Shown piece by piece: positions 27,022-36,306 of a DNA stretch of 64,000 nucleotides. The notes under the pieces are model-generated. The model was not told where the DNA came from, made no database searches, and worked only from the letters and a program-made list of their open reading frames with translations. How positions within the stretch are numbered: the stretch's first letter is position 1; each line of letters opens with the position of its first letter. Origin of the DNA: an uncultured Gammaproteobacteria bacterium (GTDB taxonomy: Bacteria > Patescibacteriota > Microgenomatia > Levybacterales > UBA12049); NCBI GenBank assembly GCA_964512695.1, contig CAZEJU010000001.1:7803-71802 (forward strand), in the 5' to 3' direction. A program made the translations under genes and the position numbers.

Positions 27022-28503
27022 ATGTCCCGAATACACGAATTACCAAGTATCCATACACTCTCTTCTACTGATGCTCAAAGATATTGGGATAAGTTACATC
27101 CAATAAAAGTTGTATCTCATGAGAGACCCCTGCAATACGGACATCCAGTTGAAATTCCTCCTAAACTCGCAGGAACTATTGGCAGATCAGCAAATCTCAT
27201 GGAAGAAATTGCGATAGATAGCATTATGCAACAAGGGGCCACTACATGGCTTGGAAATAATGCGGCTTCTTTCGCAGGTGATAGTCTTAACATACAAGAA
27301 ATCAACCACCAGCTCGAAGGTAGGCTTCTTCAAGGCTATCGATTACCTATTAGTTACGATGGAATGATAACAGTCTTTCGTGGAAGACCACATTATACAG
27401 TAGTGGAAGCACAATCTCTAGTTGCTCATGGCCCATGGATTCGGTCTATGCTTCAAGCAGCAGATAAAGATCCAGATGATCCATCATCATGGCAAGGGAA
27501 AGAAAATCCTACCCTCGTAGTTCAACAAATGAAAGACAATTTCGCGAAGGGTGAAGTTATAACAGTATTAGATACCACTCCACTTTCAGGTCCATTTATT
27601 CATGAACAAGTGGGTCTAGCGAAAGCATTAGGAACATCGGGAAGCGTGCCTATTTCTGCGCTTGATATCCAATTTAATCCTGAAATAGGTTATTTTCATT
27701 ACGGTTATGCAGTTGATACTAGAGGCTACCCTATACCAAATGGAAACGGCTTTTTAAGAACATCCGACCGAATACCAATCCGGCATGTGTTAAGCCGTAT
27801 GACGCAACCTGATCTGGATCATTTATACAATCTGGTCCGCGGTAACCCCCAACAAAGTGAACTTATACTCAAGTTCTTACGAGATGAAAAGATTAATTGG
27901 ATCTGGCATCCAGCATGGCAGTCCCTCATCGATAAATCGAGATTACCATATATCTGTAAAAAACTGGAAGAAAGACAAGAAAACGTAACACGCAATCAAT
28001 TTGTTCCGATTTTCGTAGCCGGTGAAACTCCACCCCTAGGAACGTATGTGCGTAAACCCGTAAGCAGCGTCCAAGGTGAAGGAGTAACAATTGTGCAAGT
28101 TAATGGCGTACCTCAACAAGTCGAAGAAGGCACAGTATACCAAAAGTATTTTTACCCGTATCCGTTTTCCATTCCCTTAGACGCAGAAATAGCACGGCAA
28201 TTTCCTGTAACACCCCATGCTCCCAGAAATGTCGCGTCTGGCTTCCAGGAACATTTCGGTTGGGGACAAACCACAACGCCTGCTAGTCTAGAATTATGTT
28301 ATATGGTGCCACCTTGGTGTAAAGGAGAACTTACGGGATATTTTATAGGGAGAGTAGCACCCAGGTATACAGGACCAGATTCAAGAAACATAACCCAAAC
28401 AAACCTCTCAAAAGCGCAAGCTGCGATGTACGAATATATCCGAGATCAGGATCATTGGAAAACACCCTTCGGCTTTTCCCCTGTAACTCTTCAAAAGACT
28501 TAA
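27022..28503 (+). CDS. ATP-grasp-like ligase (glutathionylspermidine-synthase-like flavour), 493 aa
   Basis: IWHPAWQSLIDKSRLPYI (compare the W..l.nKa.l..L motif of GspS-type pre-ATP-grasp proteins) and YVRKPVSSVQGEGVTIV (K-P-x-x-x-x-x-G-x-G-V ATP-grasp strand). Own TTGAAT-18-TACAAT promoter-like signal at 26982..27011. Confidence 0.45.
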   Translation: MSRIHELPSIHTLSSTDAQRYWDKLHPIKVVSHERPLQYGHPVEIPPKLAGTIGRSANLMEEIAIDSIMQQGATTWLGNNAASFAGDSLNIQEINHQLEGRLLQGYRLPISYDGMITVFRGRPHYTVVEAQSLVAHGPWIRSMLQAADKDPDDPSSWQGKENPTLVVQQMKDNFAKGEVITVLDTTPLSGPFIHEQVGLAKALGTSGSVPISALDIQFNPEIGYFHYGYAVDTRGYPIPNGNGFLRTSDRIPIRHVLSRMTQPDLDHLYNLVRGNPQQSELILKFLRDEKINWIWHPAWQSLIDKSRLPYICKKLEERQENVTRNQFVPIFVAGETPPLGTYVRKPVSSVQGEGVTIVQVNGVPQQVEEGTVYQKYFYPYPFSIPLDAEIARQFPVTPHAPRNVASGFQEHFGWGQTTTPASLELCYMVPPWCKGELTGYFIGRVAPRYTGPDSRNITQTNLSKAQAAMYEYIRDQDHWKTPFGFSPVTLQKT

Positions 28504-28528
28504 GCACACATACTCTTAAGTTTAAATA

Positions 28529-28675
28529 TTGACAATTTATAATTGATCTGGTAAGATTATAAGACAAATATGCAACATACGTTTAATTCTATTATTGTCG
28601 TCCTTCTCGTTACCCATTAATTGGGCGGAGGACTCGTGTTAAAAAACGTACCCGCTCAAAGAAGCGGGTTTTTTT
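28529..28675 (+). promoter_or_regulatory. Promoter plus Ile/Val/Leu-codon leader-peptide attenuator
   Basis: TTGACA(28529)-17-TAAGAT. Leader ORF 28570..28620 = MQHTFNSIIVVLLVTH (7 consecutive I/V/L codons). UUGGGCGG (28621) pairs with CCGCUCAA (28652) as antiterminator, versus terminator ACCCGCU-caaaga-AGCGGGU + U7 (28650..28675). Confidence 0.75.
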
Positions 28676-28696
28676 ATGTTTTAAAAGGAGAAATAT

Positions 28697-30556
28697 ATGA
28701 GTTCACATAAAGAATATGCAGGGCAAGCTGCTCTCAAATCCTTAGCTGAAAGATATATTAGAAGGTATGGCTTAAAAGCTGATTTTAATCCCGAAGAGAC
28801 AGGTGGAGTAATTTTCGCTCAAGACGGTACACCACTAAGGCAAGTCCGTGCTCCTTTCTGGAGAGCAGAAAAAGGTGCAAAGGGAACAGGCAGAAAAGAT
28901 ATGCCTAGAGTTTACACTGCTACAAATCCTGACCCGGATAAACCTAACTCAGGATTAGAATTAGAATTCCAAGCTTTCCATGCCATGACAGGAGAAATGG
29001 AACCAGTCATGGATGCAGACCACCCAGTACATCAGGGGTTATTGGAACACAATCGAAAAGCAAAAAATGGACACACTGAAAATAATGGAAATGGACTTGG
29101 AAACGGAAATGGGGTTAATGGATATGTTTTTGTAGAAGACGGCGCTGACTGGGACCATGACTTCCCAACTGGACCTAAAGAAGTAGGATTTAGCCCAGAG
29201 CTAACACGTCATACTTTGGAGGAAAACTTTCCTCCGAATGTAGATTCCGGAACACGAAACAGAGAGACATTATATGGTATTAGCACAGTTGTACAATTAG
29301 CAGAAGCAAATAACACACTTATCTCTCCGTTCTCGACTATACCGCATCGAGATATTACACAAATTGATACGAATCAACATCCATATGTCCAACGCATAGC
29401 GTTCGAACACATGGGTCCCGAAAAAGTTAAACACTTTACAGGTACTTCACTGCAAATTCACGTAGAAATCAAGGATTTAGAGTCAGCTTTACACGCTGCA
29501 AACCGTTGGCAGCTAGTTACACCTATTATGTATGCGGGAACACTTTCAGCACCTTTTATCGCAGGAGAAATAACACCCGATTTACAAGAACGGTATGGTC
29601 AAGTTCCCGACGTGGTTGGCGATCCACTAAAAGAAAGCACATTTGATACTATGACACAAGGACCCCATGAATCATATAGATATTATGGTAGATTAATAGG
29701 ATCACCTTCTGGAGGTGCAATGAGACAGCCTCTACCTGAAACATCTGAAGAATTTTGGTCTGCGGCTAATAATCTTCTAAAATCAGGAGAAAGTCCTTCC
29801 GTGGGTAGAGTAGCAGGACACCATGCAGATTTTCGTATTCGCCCTGACTTGGGACCGTATGGCACAATCGAGTTAGCAGTATTAGATACTGCCGGTGCGC
29901 GCATTCCAAATATCGTAGCCATTCAAGAATTCTCCAGAGCTTTGGGTTGGAAGTTACAGAGACAAGCAGGTAATTGGGAACAAATTATGGAAGATCCTCG
30001 TTTTAAATCGATATTCGGGCAAGCACCTTCTAAGGAAACATTCGAGACTGTTCACTGGAATACTATAGAGGTAGCAAAACATGGAAATAAGGCAATGATT
30101 ACTGGTATGGACGGAGAACAGCATTCTATAGCAGAGTTATGGAGTAAGTTAGTGGAATATGTACAAGAACCTATTGAAGAAACCGGTTATACTGGTTTAC
30201 CGGAAGGTATTATCGAGGTATTAGATAAAGCTTATCAAGACCCATCAGAACTATTTGATGTTTATAAAGACGAAAAAGGAGTTACTTCTGTCAAAGGATT
30301 CTATGAAACCGGAGTCGGAACTATGAGCCAGTGGGCCAGACAACGTGCAGAAGAGTTGAAAGCAAGAGGCTTAGCAGAAAAAGAAGCCATTATCGATACT
30401 ACACTTAATGTAGGCAAAAGCTTTCATGAACATGTAAAGTCAATGACACCCAAAGATCTTAATACTTTATATGTAAGCGCTAACAAGGATGTGGATAAAT
30501 CACCCCAATACAGCGCTAATGGTCAGAATCCATCATACCAAACCACTGCGTCCTAA
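28697..30556 (+). CDS. GCS2-fold carboxylate-amine ligase-like protein, paralogue B (619 aa)
   Basis: SGLELEFQAF, GTSLQIHVEIKD, GHHADFRIRPDLGPYGTIELAVLDTA (close to the GCS2 HWDVRP...T(I/V)E(V/L)RV.D signature). AAAGGAG SD 6 nt upstream. Confidence 0.65.
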   Translation: MSSHKEYAGQAALKSLAERYIRRYGLKADFNPEETGGVIFAQDGTPLRQVRAPFWRAEKGAKGTGRKDMPRVYTATNPDPDKPNSGLELEFQAFHAMTGEMEPVMDADHPVHQGLLEHNRKAKNGHTENNGNGLGNGNGVNGYVFVEDGADWDHDFPTGPKEVGFSPELTRHTLEENFPPNVDSGTRNRETLYGISTVVQLAEANNTLISPFSTIPHRDITQIDTNQHPYVQRIAFEHMGPEKVKHFTGTSLQIHVEIKDLESALHAANRWQLVTPIMYAGTLSAPFIAGEITPDLQERYGQVPDVVGDPLKESTFDTMTQGPHESYRYYGRLIGSPSGGAMRQPLPETSEEFWSAANNLLKSGESPSVGRVAGHHADFRIRPDLGPYGTIELAVLDTAGARIPNIVAIQEFSRALGWKLQRQAGNWEQIMEDPRFKSIFGQAPSKETFETVHWNTIEVAKHGNKAMITGMDGEQHSIAELWSKLVEYVQEPIEETGYTGLPEGIIEVLDKAYQDPSELFDVYKDEKGVTSVKGFYETGVGTMSQWARQRAEELKARGLAEKEAIIDTTLNVGKSFHEHVKSMTPKDLNTLYVSANKDVDKSPQYSANGQNPSYQTTAS

Positions 30557-30590
30557 CAAGTATCAACTATTGTTGTGATACAATAACAAC

Positions 30591-31676
30591 ATGATTCAAC
30601 AAGAAAGGCTTCTAAAAACATTCTTCGATCTTGTTTCAATCGATAGTCCTACAGGTGAAGAAGAACGCATTCGTAACGAACTCTCAAATCGTTTGAAAAA
30701 ACTTGGCGCTGAAACAGTGGAAAAAGATACCTATGGTAACCTCATAGCGAAATTCCATGGTGAAGGTGAACCGCTCATGATTAACTGCCATATGGACACT
30801 GTAGAGCCCGGTAGAGGCATAGTACCAATTATGAAAGGTGATAGAGTAGAAACCGACGGGAAGACAATTCTAGCGGGTGATGCAAAGGCAGGTTTAGCGA
30901 TTATCCTCGAAGCCTTAACTTCACTAAAAGAAGAAAATAAAAAACATGTACCTATCGAAATCGTCTTTACTGTAGAGGAGGAAACTGGACTTTATGGAGC
31001 TGTTAACCTCGACTATTCAAAAGTCTCCGCAAAAAAAGGATTTGTTTTTGATGGTTCAAAAGATCCTTGTACCTTAACCACATCAGCACCGGGATATTAT
31101 AGAGTCGATGTTACAATCATAGGAAGAGCGGCTCATGCGGGAGCCGAACCTGAAAAAGGTATTTCAGCTATTAAAATCGCTTCTGATATTATTACGAAGC
31201 TCGAGGTAGGCAGAATTGATGAAGAAACTACGGCAAACGTCGGTATTATAGAAGGCGGAAGCGCCCGGAATGCAGTACCAGAAAAAGCACATTTTAAGGC
31301 AGAAATTCGAAGTAGAAAGCTAGAAAAGCTTGAAAAACATGCAGGTCATTTCCAAGAAGTTTTTGAGGAAGCGATGAAGAAACATCCTGAAGCGAAAATA
31401 GAGATAGACATGCATTTAGAATTTAATCCATATATTTTCGATGAAAACCATCATGTTATTCAGCTTGCGAGTAAAGCGTTAAGCGAACTAGGACAAACAC
31501 CGAAACTTGCACCTTCGAATGGAGGATCCGATGTCAATATTTTTATTTCACACGATATAGAAACAGTGGCTGTAGGAATTGGCGATTATAATGCTCATAC
31601 AACCCGCGAATACGTCGTCATATCTGAAATAGTGTTAGGAGCTAGACTCTGCGAAAAACTCCTTGAGGCGAAGTAA
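30591..31676 (+). CDS. M20-family metallopeptidase (peptidase T / tripeptidase-like)
   Basis: SPTGEE, CHMDTVEPG, LAGDAKAGLA, EEETGLYGA, RAAHAGAEPEKGISA: M20 metal-ligand motifs. 34 nt after paralogue B, so likely the same operon. Confidence 0.75.
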   Translation: MIQQERLLKTFFDLVSIDSPTGEEERIRNELSNRLKKLGAETVEKDTYGNLIAKFHGEGEPLMINCHMDTVEPGRGIVPIMKGDRVETDGKTILAGDAKAGLAIILEALTSLKEENKKHVPIEIVFTVEEETGLYGAVNLDYSKVSAKKGFVFDGSKDPCTLTTSAPGYYRVDVTIIGRAAHAGAEPEKGISAIKIASDIITKLEVGRIDEETTANVGIIEGGSARNAVPEKAHFKAEIRSRKLEKLEKHAGHFQEVFEEAMKKHPEAKIEIDMHLEFNPYIFDENHHVIQLASKALSELGQTPKLAPSNGGSDVNIFISHDIETVAVGIGDYNAHTTREYVVISEIVLGARLCEKLLEAK

Positions 31677-31759
31677 ATTGGTATATTGCTAAACTGCTAA
31701 TTGTTACGTGAGAGTAACCATACAACAATACCCATATCAATAAATTTTCGCTACAAAAA

Positions 31760-32107
31760 TTGACACGTCATTAACCTCATGGTAGAATTACTATAACATA
31801 CGAATAACAGCGTTGATCCAGTATGGATGGGACTGGGGATTCTCCTTCATTAAAGTTACGCAAGGAGAGCGCTGGGTCTAATCAACCCCGGAGGCGAAAC
31901 CGTAAAAAGATCAGCAACATGTGTCATAGCTGCAGATAAGCACTGATTAAAAGCTGATTCTCGCTGATATAGAGCATGTCATGAATGAGAAGTCCTCCCA
32001 CGCCAAAGCTCCGGAGGATAAAACAAGGTGGCACCGTCCTTAAATAAACGTGGGACCCTTGTAAATAACTACAAAGTAATTTTGTGGTTGTTTACAAGGG
32101 TTTTTTT
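31760..32107 (+). promoter_or_regulatory. Promoter plus T-box-like leader (antiterminator bulge UGGC; specifier not resolved)
   Basis: TTGACA(31760)-17-TAGAAT. ACAAGG-UGGCACC-GUCC..GGAC-CCUUGU (32023..32062) is a T-box-type antiterminator with a 7-nt bulge. Its 3' strand is shared with a 14-bp terminator CCCUUGUAAAUAAC/GUUGUUUACAAGGG + U7 (32056..32107). Confidence 0.6.
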
Positions 32108-32108
32108 A

Positions 32109-33269
32109 ATGGTAAAAACTATGAAAGAAGGAGTTATTATACAAGTTGATCCGAGAATACCAGAGCCATATATAACATATATCCGGCAACGAAATGGGAA
32201 TGTCGGCAGAGATATAGCAGATCACCTTGGCCTACCCTATGTAGGAGACAGTCAGGGAGTACAACGTGCAGCTGATTATTATCCTGTACTTGCCAGAACT
32301 GTCACCAGAGAACATGCAAGAGTATTAGGTGCAGAAAATACAAGAGATTTCTATGGTCTTGCAGTTGAAGATTTAAATGTTGTGGGTAAATCTATACTCC
32401 ATCCTTCTATAAGCAGAAGACATCCTTTATTTCATAGAGAACAATTCGCACGAAAAGTCTTAGGTCAAACCCTTCCTGGTATAACCGGTTTCTCTAAAGA
32501 AGATTTATTAGCAGGGTATGAAAATGGTTACGCTGGATCACTGGATCATGCTTTAGATTACGAGCAGTATGGATTACGTGTTAAACTTCCAAATGAATCC
32601 GACGGCGTAGGACAATTTACTATACAAAGCAAGGATGATCTGGTTACTCTTCTAGAAGCTATTGAGGATAAAGATATCCACGAACAAGGACTGGTTCTGG
32701 AAGCTGATGTACAGAAACCTGAGACTATATCAGTCGGATTCGCGAGAATCGGTGATGAACAATTAAGTTTCATAGCCCAACAAAAAGATGCACGTGTGTT
32801 AGTAGATCATAAGGGCAAAACAATAGAGCAGAATAGATATGGTGGGGCATACGTCGTTGTGGCAAAAGGCCCTTTACAGTTACTATGCCAAGCCACGGAA
32901 GCAACTTCGCGTGAGAGATCTGCTGTAGAAAAAACACTGGCGTTTCATGAAGCCTATCAACGCATCTATGATCCTTTAGCTTCGAGATTAAGTTTCGATG
33001 TCATTTTCGGAGAAGGGAAAAACGGTCTCCCACTTGCAGGAATAAGTGACATTACTGGTAGGCTAGGTGGAACGTGTCCAGCACTCATGCAAGCTGCTGA
33101 AGAGTTCAGGAAAAACCCTTCTATTCAAATGGTAGGAACAGAAGTATCTCTTAATTATACTCCCCATGTACGATTTCCCTATGAAGATGAAGCTAAGGTG
33201 TATGTAGACCACCCAACACTCAGACTTACAGCAAGAGTAAACTCAAAACACAGAAGACTCGCAGCATAG
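32109..33269 (+). CDS. ATP-grasp-like protein (386 aa from the ATG at 32109)
   Basis: GLRVKLPNESDGVGQFTIQSKDDLVTLLE.. and ..GLVLEADVQKPETISVGFARIG.. fit ATP-grasp central-domain strands. I rejected the ORF-track start (32028) because it overlaps the leader terminator. Confidence 0.4.
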   Translation: MVKTMKEGVIIQVDPRIPEPYITYIRQRNGNVGRDIADHLGLPYVGDSQGVQRAADYYPVLARTVTREHARVLGAENTRDFYGLAVEDLNVVGKSILHPSISRRHPLFHREQFARKVLGQTLPGITGFSKEDLLAGYENGYAGSLDHALDYEQYGLRVKLPNESDGVGQFTIQSKDDLVTLLEAIEDKDIHEQGLVLEADVQKPETISVGFARIGDEQLSFIAQQKDARVLVDHKGKTIEQNRYGGAYVVVAKGPLQLLCQATEATSRERSAVEKTLAFHEAYQRIYDPLASRLSFDVIFGEGKNGLPLAGISDITGRLGGTCPALMQAAEEFRKNPSIQMVGTEVSLNYTPHVRFPYEDEAKVYVDHPTLRLTARVNSKHRRLAA

Positions 33270-33278
33270 ACATGAATC

Positions 33279-33422
33279 TTGACATTACACATGGGCTATC
33301 CTATAATCATTTATATGATACGACAAGCAGTAAATTTCTTTTTCTTTTTTACCCCACTCGCGGGGAGGTAATTTCGTGATCACACGAAATACTCTATACC
33401 CCGCATAAGGCGGGGTTTTTTT
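33279..33422 (+). promoter_or_regulatory. Consensus promoter plus Phe-codon leader-peptide attenuator
   Basis: TTGACA(33279)-17-TATAAT(33302). Leader ORF 33315..33371 = MIRQAVNFFFFFTPLAGR, with its ATG only 7 nt after the -10 (leaderless). CCCC/GGGG (33352/33362) 1:2 hairpin. GCGGGG (33360) can pair with CCCCGC (33399), versus terminator CCCCGC-auaag-GCGGGG + U7 (33399..33422). Confidence 0.8.
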
Positions 33423-33435
33423 ATGGAGGAATTCT

Positions 33436-35136
33436 ATGGCAATGACTGAACAAGACATACTAAAAGGTACAATGAACGGCCGAGTTGATTCAGGTTTAAA
33501 GGCAACTGATAACACAGCAGTACCTTTAGGTGAACAATCTCATGGCGGCATAGTCCGAAATACCGATGGACTATGGTGGCTACCTGCCTCACCACATCGC
33601 GGAAGGGGTTTCGAATGGCAAGACTCAAAGGATCCTAGATATAACGCAACACATTTAAGTGAAGTTGGCTACCACCCTGAACCTCTAGAACCACAGAGAA
33701 CCGTAGAAGTATTAGCTGAACATTTACAAGAAAAAGTTGAAGGAAGAATTCCGGAAACAGAAACCCATGGAGTTGAAGTTGAAGGGACTACCTATGATCG
33801 AGAAGGCAATCTCTTAGCAATTCCTGTCGATCAGAAAACAAATCCCGAATTATTAGCTTCTACACATGAAGAAGCCACAAAACTGGAAAACGGACAGTAC
33901 CCGAGAAAACCATTTGAAATAGCTCGAGCAGTAGCCAGTGCAACCCAGCGGGGTATCGCAATCGCTGAAAATCATAGCGGAATACTTGTCCTCACAGAAG
34001 TACCAGAAGGTGGAACATTTCATGATGCTGAAAACAGTACATTTCCATATATAGTACGTCAACAAGGAAGAATTCGAAGACACGCATTAGCACACCTTGA
34101 TGAGATACCTGAAGAAACATGGGCTCTCTATCGACGTTACGGCGTAGATATTCGAGAACTACTGGAATCTAATAGACCGCTCAATTGGCCTACTCATGGA
34201 TTGCATCATCATGCCGGTGCGCCACAAATAGAAGGATTAGTCGACCCGAGAGCCGCACTGGTTATGGGAAAAATGCGTCAAACACTTTTTGCAAAATTAC
34301 TGCAATACCCAGCATTTAATAGCAGTAGATTATATGAAAAAGAAACTGATCTCCGCGGAGTCCGATCTGTCGCAAAACACGCGCTTGCTACAACAGTTAA
34401 TAATGATTTACCTGATAGTGCTGAAGAGCTAATGTGGGATGTGCAACGGGCAATGAGAGAGGGAGAAATCGCTACGCCTTCACGATATCCTTATAAAGGC
34501 CAACACGATGTCGTTCGATTTAGGATGGATGGAAAACATAAAACTGTCGAGTCTATTAAAGATCCTATGACACCTGACCTATTAACAGCGCTTCATCTCG
34601 TGTTCGGCAATCAACTCCTGGATACCATCGGCCAGCAAGCTCTCGTACAAGTAGGTGGAGATGAAAGCAAAGTTATGGGTTATTTACAATCTATACATCC
34701 TGAGCTTTTTGCCACATTGCCTTCATTAGGTCCTGAGTCATCACATAGTGCAGATATGCAGTTTAATAAAGCAGGGTATCTAGGAACATTCCGCGGGAAA
34801 ACTTATGCTGAGCTTATAAGAGATGCACGTGCTGTCGTGGAAGGGGTAGGCAAACATTATACAGCACTTGAGACACAAGCTAAAATTGTAAATCACGTAC
34901 TAGGATACCAAACAGATATTCCTCATCCACAGACTGATCTAGCAACATTTATGGGAATAAAAAATGGAGTTTACCAACCAAATAGTATGAGAGCAGGAAT
35001 TCTAACGGATTATAAAACGGGTATTCCTACAAATGAACTGTTAGTTGTCCAGGCTGAAGCAACGAAATTACAAGCTCAAGCTTTAGCACAAGTGAGAGAT
35101 GATAAAGATCTTCTCGAAGTGTATGGATTACAGTAA
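33436..35136 (+). CDS. GCS2-fold carboxylate-amine ligase-like protein, paralogue C (566 aa)
   Basis: HGVEVEGTTY, THGLHHHAGAP, GQHDVVRFRMDGKHKTVESIKDPM. GGAGG SD 6 nt upstream. Confidence 0.55.
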   Translation: MAMTEQDILKGTMNGRVDSGLKATDNTAVPLGEQSHGGIVRNTDGLWWLPASPHRGRGFEWQDSKDPRYNATHLSEVGYHPEPLEPQRTVEVLAEHLQEKVEGRIPETETHGVEVEGTTYDREGNLLAIPVDQKTNPELLASTHEEATKLENGQYPRKPFEIARAVASATQRGIAIAENHSGILVLTEVPEGGTFHDAENSTFPYIVRQQGRIRRHALAHLDEIPEETWALYRRYGVDIRELLESNRPLNWPTHGLHHHAGAPQIEGLVDPRAALVMGKMRQTLFAKLLQYPAFNSSRLYEKETDLRGVRSVAKHALATTVNNDLPDSAEELMWDVQRAMREGEIATPSRYPYKGQHDVVRFRMDGKHKTVESIKDPMTPDLLTALHLVFGNQLLDTIGQQALVQVGGDESKVMGYLQSIHPELFATLPSLGPESSHSADMQFNKAGYLGTFRGKTYAELIRDARAVVEGVGKHYTALETQAKIVNHVLGYQTDIPHPQTDLATFMGIKNGVYQPNSMRAGILTDYKTGIPTNELLVVQAEATKLQAQALAQVRDDKDLLEVYGLQ

Positions 35137-35139
35137 GCT

Positions 35140-35982
35140 TTATTCTCCTGACCAGGACATGGCATTCATAGCTATTTGAGAATCCATATCCAAATTCTTC
35201 AAAGTAAGTGGCAGAAAAGATACATTACTTAATAAGACAGCTCGTTCTAAGGGGGTATTTTCCAGAATAGGAGCATACAGTCGTCCTTCAATACCATCTC
35301 GGACTTCCTTCACATTAACAGAATCAGTAACACCAACCACAGGTACTGTAATTGAGTGTTTTTCTATCTGTAAATATTTCGAGGGCCAGATAAGATCTGG
35401 ATTTTCACTATCTGAAACGAAAAACTGTCTACCATTCGCAGGAACTACTAAACCTGATACAGCAGGTCTGGTATCAAAACTCTGGCCTTCATCACCCCAT
35501 AACATCTCACGAATGTCCTGGTGTACGTAACCTCTTCCACCTGAAAGGAGCGCAGCGCCATTCGCGTTGGAATAGAGCAATCCGAATGCTATACCTATCT
35601 CATCTAATTCTATGGCAGCAGGGGATGCAGCACGCTCTGAAAGTGATAAAGAAGCAGTACGCATTTGTTGCATCTGACTTATAGCACCTCTATGCTTCTG
35701 CATAACCATTTCTCTAACAGATTCACGTTCTTTATTAAAAGCTGACCATGTAGCAGGGAGAACGTCTATATATGCAGTTATACCCAATTCTTCGCGAATT
35801 GTTTTCTCTAATGCAGCCACCCTATCCATAGCGATCAATCGCTCACGGTCAGCGTGGATACTAGCGCCAATATCCTTACCTGCCAGAGCTTTTAAATAAG
35901 CAGCATGATACTCAGCATATAACGTGCGTAGTTGTTGGGTGTAGATTTGCAGCAATCTCGAATTTTCTCTACGTTCTATCAT
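35140..35982 (-). CDS. Hypothetical protein (280 aa) embedded in the ligase cluster
   Basis: Long ORF convergent with paralogue C (stops 3 nt apart), with cluster-like GC-rich codon usage. No recognised family. Confidence 0.45.
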   Translation of the reverse strand: MIERRENSRLLQIYTQQLRTLYAEYHAAYLKALAGKDIGASIHADRERLIAMDRVAALEKTIREELGITAYIDVLPATWSAFNKERESVREMVMQKHRGAISQMQQMRTASLSLSERAASPAAIELDEIGIAFGLLYSNANGAALLSGGRGYVHQDIREMLWGDEGQSFDTRPAVSGLVVPANGRQFFVSDSENPDLIWPSKYLQIEKHSITVPVVGVTDSVNVKEVRDGIEGRLYAPILENTPLERAVLLSNVSFLPLTLKNLDMDSQIAMNAMSWSGE

Positions 35983-36100
35983 GGGTAATATTATATATTA
36001 TAGGATCTAATTCACACAAGCATACGGGTCGGTATTTTCCAGCACAGTTATTTATTAAGCAGTTTGTAATATTAGGAAGACTATTGTAGTTAGTAAAGTG

Positions 36101-36174
36101 TGGGGCCAAGTGGACTTGAACCACTGACCTTTTCAATGTCAATGAAACGCTCTAGCCAACTGAGCTATGGCCCC
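36101..36174 (-). tRNA. tRNA-Val (anticodon GAC)
   Basis: GGGGCCA/UGGCCCC acceptor, A73, D-arm GCUCAGUUGGCUAGAGC, anticodon loop UUGACAU, T-loop UUCAAGU. Confidence 0.85.
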
Positions 36175-36306
36175 ATTTTTTACAATCACCATTCTAACAA
36201 AATAGTACTTGTAAAACAATCTTTCTCGTTTTCTAGCATTGTTAATATTTTTACTGTATTTATTGACATAGCTTTATGACCTTCTGTTATACTATCTGCA
36301 TACTTA

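Noticed and set aside
32028-32108. ORF-track start at 32028 for the 413-aa protein.
   Set aside because: The first 27 codons overlie the T-box antiterminator and terminator and the U7 tract. ATG 32109 (or 32121) directly after the terminator is more plausible.
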